Assembly: GCA_964270895.1 (NCBI GenBank)
Contig: OZ185436.1
DNA: 64,000 nt
Strand: one strand, 5' to 3'
Source of the DNA: Podarcis filfolensis
Taxonomy: Eukaryota
The notes under the pieces were generated by a model. It saw only the letters and a program-made list of their open reading frames with translations, was not told where the DNA came from and searched no databases. The position numbers and the translations under genes are program-made. Below, piece after piece: positions 51,641 through 64,000 of the stretch (positions are counted from its first letter, which is position 1; each line of letters starts with the position of its first letter).

Positions 51641-54600
51641 AGTGTATATAAACTGTGTAAACTGTTCTTCACACACTGCAACAGAACATACTTTCAGGTA
51701 TGGGTGTAACCTTTAAACTGCAATGAGAAATACAGCCTTTACATTAGCAGAGGAATACCAAGGCTCCCTTGTGCACTTGGCAAGGAGGTGTATTGGTGCC
51801 CCCTGTTACTTGTGACACCCCATGCCAGTGACAGGATTCCTCCACCGAGGCACCAGAGGAGTGTGTGCACCTTGCCCAGTTGGTGGGCTCATAGCTACTC
51901 CAAGCCAGAGTGGAGAGGCATGATTTTGTCATCCCTGCCACTGGCCTGTGCCCTTGGCAGAGGCCAACCTAGCCAACTCCTAGGTACACCCCTGTACCTA
52001 GGGAACCTATAACGCTCCCAATGTTGGACTACAATTCCATAATCCTTGATCGTTGGACATTTGCCTCGAGCCAATGAAGCTGGAATTCAACAATTGCTGA
52101 AGAGTAACAGGCAGGGCCCCTGTGCCAAACCACAGAATGGTGCTCCCCCCACCAGGGAAGCTCTATTCAGTCACATCCCACCAAAGTCAGCCTGCACAGT
52201 GGAAGCTGATTCTGAGCTCTTGCAAAACAAACCTGCTTCCCTAAAAGATCAGACTTCCTGCAATAAGGAAAGTGATGAGAAAATGCACTGGAATGTGTGG
52301 GATAACGCTTGGCAGAAGGTTGCTTCACCACCCCACAAACAAATAGGATGAATGCTCATTAAATAGATGACAGTCGTGTAATCTCTCCACAAACAACTCA
52401 GTCCAAATGCTCATCAAACAGGCAGTCCGGAAGCAAGATAGAATCCCTTTGAGTTGACTCAAGCCCTGTTGCAGTCTTAAGCCCATTTACCTGAAATAAT
52501 CATTGAAATTACAGTAATTGACTGACCTTTGCGTAAGCATGGCTATAGAGCTGTAAACTTGGCTTTGTATAGCAATGCTGTGTCTAAATAAGGACTTATG
52601 AGATGCATTTTGTTCAGCCCATAACCTGGAACTGGGAAAGGCTTTAAAACAATAGCTGTACTTTTAATGCCTAGTTCCTCCTTTCTAGTGTGTAGTTTGG
52701 TGGTACATGTGAATTCATAAAGGAGCAGGCCTCTGTGAGATGAAGAGTAGAATAGGCATTTACCATACAAGCAAATGAACCACAATAGCATGCTTACACA
52801 AAAGGCTTTCAGGGTGCTCCTTCAAGCGACGCTTATACTTCAAGATCAAAGCATGGATGGTAATATTCTTGATTAAAATGCATGGTCATATTCCTCATGC
52901 ACACCCTCTGCTTGGAAGCCTAGAAAGCTATAGGACCATTGATTAACACTTTGGTTTAGAAAGACATGCAGCTACTTCTCAGTGGCTATTTCCCCATTCT
53001 CTTTGCATTGTTTTGCAAAGGTTATAAGAGAGAAACCAGGGCCAGCCCAATACACCTGAGGCAGATCTGCAAATCATGCCCCCTCCCCACCAGGGAAGAG
53101 GGTTTATCTACATCAGGAACAATGGGGAAGAAACATTGGGATCTGCTGCTCCTAGTGGATCATGCCACCTGAGGTGGTCCCCTTACCTTGCCTCATGCCT
53201 TGCCCCGAGAGAAACTCATCATTTTCTGCTTTATATACCCCATTCCCTTTTGCTGTTGTGTTTCTCTGCAATATCAAGATTAAACTTTGGGCTCAGCCAT
53301 ACATTGAGTCAGTGCCTTTTTTCTGGGGGGTATGCTGTGGTACGCATACCCCTAAACATTTTGTGAATCTTTGTACTTTTGTCCATTTACTGTATTTATT
53401 TTCCCCGATTTAAACTATAAAATGGTGATTTTCTTGAGTCAAAATGAGAGTACTCCTAAACATTTTTTTTAGAAAAAAAGCACGGCATTGAGTTAATGTG
53501 AACGGTAAATTACCTCTATCTCAATTATCTGTTGTTCATAAGCAGGTTTCCTCCAAATCACTGCCTCCTCACACTTCCTTCTGCCTCAATCCATATTTCC
53601 TCATACCCCTCCTTTTGGAGGTATCCCTGGTATGAGAAAATCTGGACTGAGGAAGGGGAAAGTGTGGGAAGGCAATGATTTGGAAGAGAATGTCATATGG
53701 AAATTTAAGAGTTAATGGTGGTACGGGAAGCTTGCCATCCACATTAAATGGCAGTGTGGATGAGCCCTTTAACTCAGGCTACTGACTGCAGCTTTCTTGT
53801 GTTACAATTTAAAAAGCAGGAGCTGACTCCAGTGAGTCACTCTTGTATTTGTATGTGTATGTGTATGTGTGTAGTATATTTGAGGCAAATATAAATATAT
53901 ATCTATGACTTAGAATGACAAAGGTGACTGCCTTCCCATGGGATGCATGAACTGAACAGAACTGGAGGTCAGTAGTCCACTTGCAGATACCACAGCTAAT
54001 TCTTTCAGGACACCTTGCATATCCTTTCAAGAGAAAGGGGAGCTTTAAAAACTTGACATTAAACAATAATGTGAGAAGCAGCCCTAAGATAAAGAGACAG
54101 CACTGTCTAGCTAGGCTAGTTTCTAATCTCTGCATCTAGTACAATGTTTACATATATTTCTTTTTAAAAAATGAAGTAAAATAGTCACCTTTACTTTGAG
54201 ACTCTGGTTGCTCAACAGCATCAGGCTTTCTGTATTATGTTCAGAAATGTTGAATGCTTTGGCATGAGCAATGATTTTGGACATTGTGCTTCCACGGGCG
54301 GTCACTTACAGAGCTGCCACTGTTCTATATTTGAACAATTACAAGTCCGAGCCATATGGGAATGACGGGACTGTGGCTCAGTGTAGTATGAAATACAGAA
54401 TGCACAAGGTCCGCCTTAGAAGTTTCCCCTGACGTGTGGGATAGGATGGGTGGCATTCCTGCAGATCTGATTACAAGTTAATACTATTTCAGCTCCTGGC
54501 GTTCATGTCTGTTGCACTGCCATTGGTCTCTGCTAAGTCAGTTGTGGCAGGCGGCCTGTAGGTATGTATCAGTAACTCTGGAGATTGTCCTAGAAATGAC

Positions 54601-55664
54601 CATGAGTTTGTATATTAATATTTATTAAACTGGAATCCTATCCTTGTTCCAAGAAGCCCTTTGTGGTGTACATGGAGTAATCACATGGAGTGATCCAGTG
54701 AGAGAGAATACTTGCCAGAGCTTTGTAACTGAGCAGGGATTTACTATATCCACCTTTTCTGCATCCATGTCTAAGAGATTATGCATTTCACCATTCTCTC
54801 TGCTGTTCTACCATTTATTTATTTTCTTTTTACTCACTGTATTATGCTCTCTCTCTATATGTATATTTGAAGCTTACCTATTGATCACAATTTGGTTTAT
54901 AGGACAGTTTTCCTGGGAAAGCCTGATGCCATTGCACCAGATTCCAAGTGAAGAGGCAGGTTAGGCATGGTGCAGATGTAAATACTGTTGCCTGATCTCC
55001 AAACCATGGTTAGGTAATCAGGAACACCCTACAGTGCAAAGCTTGAGGTTTTCCTCCACTCTCCTCTCAGGATAGCATCCTCCCCTTTTTGGTTTTGCAG
55101 CTAATTACAGTTCTGTTTGAAGTGTACCAGCATTTTTGTTAAACGTAGTTGGCACCAAACCTGTTTGCAGGCATGGGTGCAAGCAGCTTTGCAAACCTAG
55201 GCTAGTGACACCTTGATGCAGGTGTGACACACCAAAATTGAAAGGGAAGGGCCAGGGAAGAAGTGTGTAAACCCAAATACGCTCCTGATTGGGGCAGTTT
55301 TATGTTTCCAAAATGTCAGAATGTTCCAGCTGCAAGGGTGAGAAAATGGGAAAGGAATTTACTTTCCAGCAGTGGCATTGGAGGAATATTGGATACACTG
55401 TCTGAAGAAAGGCTCATTGTTGATGGAGGGCTGTGCAAAAATAAGCACCACAGGGAAAATGCAGGGAAGTATCACTGGTTTTAGAAGCTTACTTCCTCTT
55501 TGCTTGGTACCTTAGAATGAGGCTTATGTGGGTAAAATTGGCCTTGGAATTAATAAAATCTGTGCTAAAGCACCCTTGAGATGTCCGCTGATAATGGGCA
55601 GTCTTGATGCTTTCCACTTTAGTACTGGGAAAGAAAATTGGATAAAACATGTGAAATTAAGGTT

Positions 55665-55745
55665 TCAATCCTGTGTCTGTTTACCTGGGAGTAAGACCCA
55701 TTGAACTCAGTAGGACTTAGTTCTGAGATGACAGGCATGGGGCTA
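55665..55745. repeat. Short palindromic interspersed repeat
   Basis: caatcct..ttacctgggagtaagacccattgaactcagtaggacttag; related decayed copy at ~19690-19745. Confidence 0.45.
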
Positions 55746-56125
55746 TACTATAAATGTTCTCCTCACGTGTTTGGCCACCATGACAGTAAGAAATAGAAAC
55801 CAAAACATTTACATCAATGCAGTTCTCTTCTTTGGGTAAAGAATGAGCAGTCAGTACTCATACACACATTAGAGACCTCATGCTATTAGTGTGAATGGAT
55901 GTGTTACATCTCTTATTCATGACTTGTTAGGATGAATCAAGCATAAGGCTATCTTTGGTTTGGACATGTGTTTTTCAGTGAGTGCTATTCTAAGAGTCAC
56001 TGCGGAGCAGGGAATAGTGAGGATGAACATGGGAGACTCCCCTTTGAAACTTCTGTTCTCCCGTTAATGTCTCCAAGTGGCTTTTCAAATGCCATTTATC
56101 TTTTAGCCTAAACTACCTCACAGAG

Positions 56126-56738
56126 GCAGTGAGAGATTTTACTTTCTTGGGCTCCATGATCACTGCAGATGGCGACAGCAGTCACGAAATTAAAAGACGC
56201 CTGCTCCTTGGGAGAAAGGCGATGGCAAACCTAGAGACCATCTTAAAAAGCAGAGACATCACCTTGCCAACAAAGGTCCGTACTGTTAAAGCTATGGTTT
56301 TCCCAGTAGTGATGTATGGAAGTGAGAGCTGGACCATAAAGAAGGCTGATCGCCGTAGAATTGATGCTTTTGAACTATGGTGCTGGAGGAGACTCTTGAG
56401 AGTCCCATGGACTGCAAGAAGATCAAACGTATCCATTCTGGAGGAAATCAGCCCTGAGTGCTCACTGGAAGGACAGATCGTGAAGCTGAGGCTCCAGTAC
56501 TTTGGCCACCTCATGAGAAGAGATGATTCCCTGGAAAAGACCCTGATGTTGGGAAAGATTGAGGGCACAAGAAGAAGGGGATGACAGAGGATGAGATGGT
56601 TGGACAGTGTTCTCGAAGCTACAATCATGAGTCTGACCAAACTGCGGGAGACAGTGGAAGACAGAAGTGCCTGGCGTGCTCTGGTCCATGGGGTCACGAA
56701 GAGTCGGACACGACTAAACGACTAAACAACAACAACAA
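56126..56738 (+). mobile_element. BovB LINE, 5'-truncated
   Basis: FTFLGSMITADGDSSHEIKRRLLLGRKAM..; GACTAAACGACTAAAC(AAC)n tail; TSD cctca(c/t)agag at 56116-56125 and 56739-56748. Confidence 0.93.
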
Positions 56739-58844
56739 CCTCATAGAGTGCTTGCAGACAATTGTTTCAGTGGCTGAACCATATATATCACAAAGTAAAA
56801 GGTGCTGGAGAACAGCCTGCCCTGAGGGATTTTTCTGGCATAGAATTCTCCCCGCCTCCCGCCAGGAAGAGGTCATGAACTTCTGGACAAGTTTTTTGTT
56901 AAAAGCTGAGAGTGTGCTTTGGCCACAAGAGGGAGCCAGCAACATGTTGTAGTAATAGACCTTAAATCTTTTTGCTAGTGCTAAGTTTTTGTGACATCTC
57001 TAAGGTTTGATTTATAAGAGAAGGCAGTGCAAAGAAATGAAGAGAAAGCAGACGAAAAATAAATTGACACCCTATCTTTTCAGACAGATAGATAAATACA
57101 AAATATTTATTGTGACCAATCTTTTGAATTTCCATCTTGAATTGTGCCCGGAATCCTTCTGCAAGCTGTGAAGTAATGGGGAAAATGTGCTTCCAGAAAT
57201 CCAGTCACATCTGCACCAAATGTTTAAAGCACATGGTTTCTGCCAAAGAATCCCAGGCAGTGTAGCTTATCTCTCACAGACCCAATGCCCTTAACAAACT
57301 ACAATTCCCAGGATTGGCGGGGGAGTCACCTGAAGGTCTTCGCATGATCCCTTTCAGGGGGTGCAAAATTGATGGCTGTGGAACCCCCAAAAGGAGTATT
57401 CCAAAAACAATTTGATTATCTATCATCCATATGCATTAAGATAATTAAGACAGCACATAACAATCATTATCAAAATGGCACAGAATATCAAAAAGGGAAA
57501 AAATCAGATTCCCTGCTCCAGAGAGTTTACCATGTATAATGGGCAAAAGGCAAGGGGAATGTGGGGACTACCATTGCTTTAGGTGTCTGTATTTAAAATC
57601 TGTGGGACTTCACTAAGGCTTGATTTTGTCGGGTGTGTGCCCAATGTAGCTATGATTTACTGCAGAAAGAAGAATGTACATCTACCCTCTGTCTTGAAAT
57701 TGACCATTCCACCTTTTCCTCTGGCAAAATATACATGGTAAACTCTCTGGAGAAGGGAATTTAGCTTGTGGCCAAATAGGTTTAATTTTTTTTTTTTAAG
57801 GAAGGAAGGCATTATATTCTCAACAGGTTTGAATAGAAGATGCACATATTGGAATTAATAAGTTTACATTCCACTGTTTTTTTTCCCGGGGAAGGAATTG
57901 CAAGGAAAGGCCACATTGGTGCCCAGCGCCAATTCTTATTTCCCAAGGCTACTGCTTTATTTAACACACAAAAAGTGATATAGTGAATGCCTATGAAAAA
58001 CTGAAGTAACTTTGAGTGTTATGTAGCCAAAGTAATATAACTTTAACATCTGGAAAGCTCCAGACAGTAATAACTGATCTTCATATAGTATGTTCTATCT
58101 GCAGCAAGTCTTTCCCCTAATTTCAAATCTAGACAGTTAGCTTGCTGAGCTGAGGTTGAGGCAAGATTAGAGACCCCAACCTGTTTTGCTGCTAAATCTA
58201 GAGACTACTCTGCATGCTATCTAGCTTCTTAAAAATGGCGTACTCCATCCAAAATGAGCAGGAGCTCATTCCAGCACTCAGGGACATGGTACAGGACTGT
58301 ACCACTTCAAAAGGAAGGGGGGGTTGTAACTAGTTTAAATTACTTTATACAACCAAACCACATTTTGAAGGCTTTCCCTGAGGTGATGAGCTGCTCCCTT
58401 GCCAGACATCAGAGATGAGAGATAGGTTGGGTGTAGAATGCATTTCCTTGCAGGCACAGCTCAGTGCATTATTGTTAATTGCTATTAGGAAAGAAAGGTA
58501 CATTTCAAATCTCTCCAGCGCTGCAGCTCTAGAAGAAAATGGTGGACACATATTTTATTTTCCCCACAGACAGATTTGAATCTGCTGCAAGCCAAGAGTT
58601 CTTCAGTCCTCCTTCTGCAGTGCCTGCCTAGTTTGAGAAATACACAGATTAGCACAGGGTGCCAGAAAGAAAGAGAGAGGTTCACATGAAATGGAACCAA
58701 ATGTAAATTGTAGCTTAAGTGCTGCTGCTGCACCAGTACTGAGTCAGCAGTGCACGCTTGGCCCTGTTACAGGGAGGCCAAAGGAGCAGCAGAGTATGCA
58801 AACTAGCTTGGCTTGTTTTACTTTGTATGCAGATACTGAGTTAC

Positions 58845-58847
<3 letters not shown>

Positions 58848-58886
<39 letters not shown>
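58848..58886. repeat. (AG)n microsatellite
   Basis: Direct reading. Confidence 0.95.
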
Positions 58887-58892
<6 letters not shown>

Positions 58893-59314
58893 GTCAAGAA
58901 CTTAGATTCCTTCTGAAAATAGCAAAAAATATGAAGGTAACGTCAATGAATCATTTATATTTGTTCTGGAAAGGGGCCATCAAATCACCTCATGTAGCTT
59001 TCTCCACTGACTCAATTAATTCCCTGTCTTTTAAAATACCTGACTGTGCCCTTAAAGAAAACTGACATCCACTTAACCTCCCTGGAATGCCATGTCAGAT
59101 AAATTGAGACTGTGCTGAACAATGGATAATGGAACGAGAAACCTGCCAAACGCTTGAAATTTAAATGAGGGATTTCCCAAGTGCCCTTTAGGTAAAAAAA
59201 AAGAAAGAAAAAAAGCTGCAGCTAGGGACTTTCCTGATGACCCAAAAGGCCAGTTTTTTGTGCTACGGTTGTGTTTGGGCTGACAATGCCTGCAGAGAAG
59301 TGGGTGGGTAATGT

Positions 59315-59455
59315 TAAGAATGTAGGAAGCTGCCCAGCACACCGAGGCCAAACATTGGTCCATCTTGCTCAGTATTGTCCATGTTGATCGGCAGTGACTG
59401 CAGGGTTTCAGCCAGGGGCCTCTCTCTCTTCGCCCTACCTGGAGAGGCCAAGGGC
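59315..59455 (-). mobile_element. Old SINE fragment (Squam1-like)
   Basis: gtaggaagctgcc..ggtccatct..cagggtttcag..cctacctggag is the rc of the body and tail of the 47.2-kb copy. Confidence 0.55.
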
Positions 59456-60148
59456 TGTAAAGGAGTAGGGCTCTTATTCACTGCTTAAAATAATAATCAA
59501 AGGAAATGTGTGCTGTATTGCGGTGCCAGAGAAGGGAGGCCCACACTCTTCAGAGAATAACTACTTCTGTAACCACTTCTGCCACTGTACTTCCCTTCAC
59601 AATGAGCGTGAAGGAAAGTGTGTGTTTTCTGAGGGTCAAAATACTACAGGGTCAAATACTGAGGAAAATAATTTATCTCATAGCAAAATGGTGCCTTGAG
59701 GAATGATAGTTTGAGTCACCCACAGCAAATATAACAAGTTCACATTTATTGCCTTATAATTAGTGTAATGAATCCTGATTGAAGATGTCACATGAGTATA
59801 TTTTATGAAGGCAGGAGTGGGTTGATAATGCATACTGATGATCATACTGGTCATCAGTTGCTATCATGGCCTTGGCAAAATTAGGCCCTGAGCTGATTTT
59901 TTTTTTGGTTGTTGTATTATTCTCCATGAACAAATTCAGCATTACTATTTATGTATTTATTTCCCCCCACGCCTTTACCAAAACGTTCCAGGGTGGGTGA
60001 TCTCAGAGGGTAGGGGAAAAGATTGAACGAATATTATGCAGTACAATAAAGCCAGTGTAGAATCTGAATATGGGATGCTCCATACAGTTCTGAAATCAAA
60101 GTACAAATATGTATGTTTAAAAGGTGGCAACAAATATACTGAGAAATA

Positions 60149-60591
60149 GGGCCCACCCACACTTCCTTTTCTCCCACATTTGTAGGCATGGGTCTGGGCT
60201 TTCCAGGTCCATGTTTTAGCGGCCTTCTTTTTTTGTCCAAGCACTTTCCCAGGAAAACCCATGTTTTACCACTGATGGCAATCAGATTTTCCTCAGTGGT
60301 AAAATGCAAGTTTTCCCGAGGAAAGCACTGGTTGTTGTTGTTGTTTAGTCGTTTAGTCGTGTCCGACTCTTCGTGACCCCATGGACCAGAGCACGCCAGG
60401 CACTCCTGTCTTCCATTGCCTCCCGCAGTTTGGTCAGACTCATGTTTGTAGCTTCGAGAACACTGTCCAAGGAAAGGCAACAGGGAAAGCACTGGACCAC
60501 CCCCCAAAAAAACCCACTGCTCAGACACAGACCCGGAAAGCCCAGTCCTGGCCCTAGAAAGTGTGGAGCAAAGGTAAGTGTGGATGAGACC
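60149..60591. mobile_element. Long palindromic MITE (PIF/Harbinger-like), interrupted by BovB
   Basis: Arms GGGCCCACCCACACTTCCTTT..GGTCTGGGCTTTCC..TTTTACCACTGA mirror TCAGTGGTAAAA..GGAAAGCCCAGTCC..AAGGTAAGTGTGGATGAGACC. Confidence 0.65.
60332..60470 (-). mobile_element. BovB 3' end
   Basis: rc ends GACTAAACGACTAAAC(AAC)n; TSD GGAAAGCACTGG at 60320-60331 and 60484-60495. Confidence 0.9.
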
Positions 60592-61099
60592 ATGGTCTTC
60601 ATTCATTTCTGGAAGTCTTACATTTTAAAAACTCTTTTCGGTGAAAAACAGACTTTGTTGGCATAGGTGTGCATATACTGCCAAAAAGCTGAGAGGCAGG
60701 GGACAATAAGGGGTATGTCTTTAGGAAACCTTTAACCAAGAACTGAATAGTGCAGTGGTTACCAATTAGCTAAGTACTGCAGATGCCCTGCTTTTCCAAA
60801 GCCAAGCTATGGACTTTTGAAATTTTTGATAGATTTTGTTATATGAAGGGTGCCACGGAGTCCGCCTACCACCACTTGGGAACCACTGGCATAGAACAAT
60901 GTCAGTGCATTGGGAAGTCATCAGTCTTGATCACACTGGTAGACAAATCCACATCTCAGGCATGTATACATGCTTAGCATTTAAATTTTTTTTTGCCATA
61001 TTTAGGCCCAGATGCAAAAGGCCGGCAGGTTCAGGAGGAACAGTCAGGGGCCACAGAAACTTCCTCAAAGTATCTGACGTCTGAGGAGATTCCCCCACT

Positions 61100-61225
61100 C
61101 TATTTAATGATAGGACTGGCCCTTTCCTCCTGAAACTCTGGGGAGACTCCGCTAGTCAGTTTAAACTAGACAAGTTAGATTGCCCAGTGGCTTGGCTTGA
61201 TACATGGCAGGTTCTTATATGCACC
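61100..61225 (+). mobile_element. Old SINE fragment
   Basis: ataggactgg..cctgaaactctgg..ctagtcag..ggcaggttcttat resembles the 47.2-kb body. Confidence 0.45.
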
Positions 61226-64000
61226 TGAAACGTATGATTGCAATATAGCAAGGGTAGCTGATCATTTCCCCTGCAAGGGCTGCATGTACCCTTCGAAAAC
61301 TCTCCAGGGGCTGCATGCCAAAAGTGGGTGTGTCGCCATCAACACATGTTTCTTAACGGCTCTGCACTTAACTAGCCTGGCGAAGCTGGTTTGCATGAGC
61401 CAGCTCAGGGATTCCTTGTTGGGCACAATTCTGTAGCTTGCATTTCCTCTTCATATCCCAAATATTAGTTAGATTCTGTCATTTGTTAATTTCTTGGGTT
61501 TAGGGAAGATCTCCCCACCAAACATATAGCAGTATTTTGCCAGCACATGCTTGTAGTGGATGAAGCGTTCTTGCATGCCATAGCTGTGAGCAAGACTGTA
61601 GCCATAGGCACTTACAGAAAATCATTAAGACTGTTAAAAGTAGAAGGTGGTTTTTTTTAAGTGTAAGAGGTATTTACAGTCCTCATAATCCCCTGGAGTT
61701 TCAGATGTAATATACTATAATTAATATGGGCTTTATGTTGCTATCATTATCTGAGAGCCACATGCTTCTAAGCTATATATAATGAGAGAATGAAACCTAA
61801 AATCTTTGGAGTTGAGCAAAACCATTCACAATCTAGATGCTCTTTTTAGCCTTCAAACAACACACTGCATTAGCTCCTTGTCTAGCCCACATATGAATGT
61901 GTGGTATAATCAGGATCTCATGGGCAAGCTAAGCAGTGACGAGGAAGCAAACCAATCAGCCAGCTAATCTACAGAACAGCTTTAAAAAAGTCATTTTCAC
62001 TGATAGACTTATTCAGCTAACAAATCAAAGTTCAATGCAAACTTTTCATGTGCTTATTTTGAAATTATTGATCACTGCTGGGGGGACCTTATGCACCAAA
62101 TGAATGGCCATATAGTGCAAAAAATAAATAAATCAACACCTTCAACAGAAATTGAAAGTGAATTGGAATTGGAAGGATGTGGACCCTAGATATTACACTT
62201 CCAAACAGAAGGAGAGGTATCATGTAGCACACAGGGAGAGGAATAGCAAAAGATTAAAAGTGATGTGTTGATGGATGGAACTGAGGGAACCAGGAAGTAG
62301 TGGGGAACATAAATTATGTAAGCTTGGTGTCATTGCTCAAGGTCTTCTATCAGCTTGGTGCTAATGAGTTGGAATTGTAGTTTCCCTATCTTTAACTAAA
62401 CCATAGATGCACATCAGATAAACTAAGCTGCTTTTTTTCTTGCAGAGGTGGAAGGTATTGGTAAACATTTGACATTAATTGGGGCTTTTAGCACCTTTTT
62501 GGATTGATACATTTCCCAGAAATCTGGGGGAAGTCGTAACTGTTTAAATGGTATAAAATGTATGGTATGGATGTGGCCCTAAAGAGTTGTCCTAGGAAAT
62601 TTATCAGGGCAGACTCCCCGTGCCATTGGGCTATCCATGCTGCCCTCCCCCTTTCTTAATCATCTAAAATGAAATAGGGCCACAACAGTTAGTCAATTAA
62701 TCCGACTAATTCATCAGTTAAATACCTTTGTGTTGTTAAAATGCCGCGATTCAATGCTTTGCACCAACATGGAGGTAAAAAATCATGAGGGTCCGCCTCC
62801 TTATTAGATCTGGTTGAGAGATGCACAACTTGTGGATCTCTAGTGACAGATTTTCCTACTGTACTTGTATTTCTGATATCCAGAGTGTAAAAAATTCTGA
62901 CAGGAAGTAAGCACAGCTGGGCTGCACTTGATGCAGTGTTACTATTACCATTGCACATACATCCTATTGTGCAACAGGATATGTATTTCTCCCTCCCCCA
63001 CATTTCTTCTTGGTGCTGTTGCATGTGCCCTTCATCTCAAGCTGACAGCAAGAGCCTAGAGCTTGTTGACAAAAGCACCCCTAGACAGCTCCCTGCCCCC
63101 TTGCCCTTCTCATTGCTAGTGCTTGTTCATCATCACTCTTGCTAAGGCTCAGGTCCAACCCCCCCCCCAGCCTCTCCCAAATGTCAATACTGGGATGTTG
63201 AGATAGCCCCCCACCCCTAATATTTCTAGTGCTATTGTGCATGTGTCTCAACTCATGTTAAGACAAGAGAGTCCTCTTATCTCTTCCTGGCAGTGACATG
63301 CATGCACCTTGGCAGAGAAATCCAATACCACCACTGACTTGCCACATTTGCTCTCTGCCCTGTGCCCAGCTGGCATACATTCTCAACCCAGACGCAGACA
63401 GTGGGACCCCCACTCACTTCCTAATATTGCCTTGCTGAGATGGAGAGTTCTGGCTAGGGAAGACTCAAGGAGTCCCAAGCGCTGCCACAAGAAAGGTCAT
63501 ACGACAAGGGCTTTTTGCTGTGCGTGTGATTCTTACTGAGTAGGTCTGTTGTCCTTTACGCATATTAAATACACATAAAGAGGGGGCGGTGAAAATCTCT
63601 TCCCTGGTTTTAAAACACGCATGTTGATGTTTCACTTAATACTTCAATACAACTTAACTGTACAGATTAATCAGCTGAAAATAAAGAAAGCATGCTCCCA
63701 TTAGAATTATTGGTTTTATGCATATAATGCCAGTTTAATACATGAATTACTCTGTAAGTCACGTACAGTTTCTTTAACTGAATAACAGCCCTACTATTGA
63801 TAGGCACACAGCAATCCTGAAGTGCTTTAGTTCTAGCTCAGGAAGACAGTTACACCATTCTCATGGTGTAATCTAAACTTGGACTTAGAAGGCGAAACAT
63901 CCACTTATCCCTTAGTACCATGATCTGTAAATCAGATTAGATTCAATTTCTCCTGCTTGCTCATTTTCAATAAACCCAGAAAGAACAAACAAGGCAGACT

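Overview
Vertebrate genomic DNA, most likely a squamate lizard (Sauria SINEs, BovB, Penelope, L1/L2/CR1 fragments, many Tc1/mariner and hAT MITEs). Three spliced genes lie in tandem on the minus strand, each with a CpG-island promoter. HDHD5-like HAD hydrolase has exons 1-6 in the window and its 3' exons beyond the left edge. ISY1 is complete (11 coding exons, 282 aa). CNBP has its stop codon in a 213-nt N gap and a well-conserved 3'UTR. The last ~21 kb has no recognisable exon. I found no convincing wholly new multi-gene system. The best leads are an intact minimal hammerhead ribozyme in a Penelope remnant, a CpG-rich MITE with NRF1/ETS motifs 5 nt from an ATG in frame with HDHD5-like exon 2, a U12-type intron, a likely non-canonical TG acceptor in CNBP, and a candidate poison exon in ISY1. 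Exon boundaries were read by hand. TE family names, cross-species conservation and synteny are recalled from memory, not from database searches.
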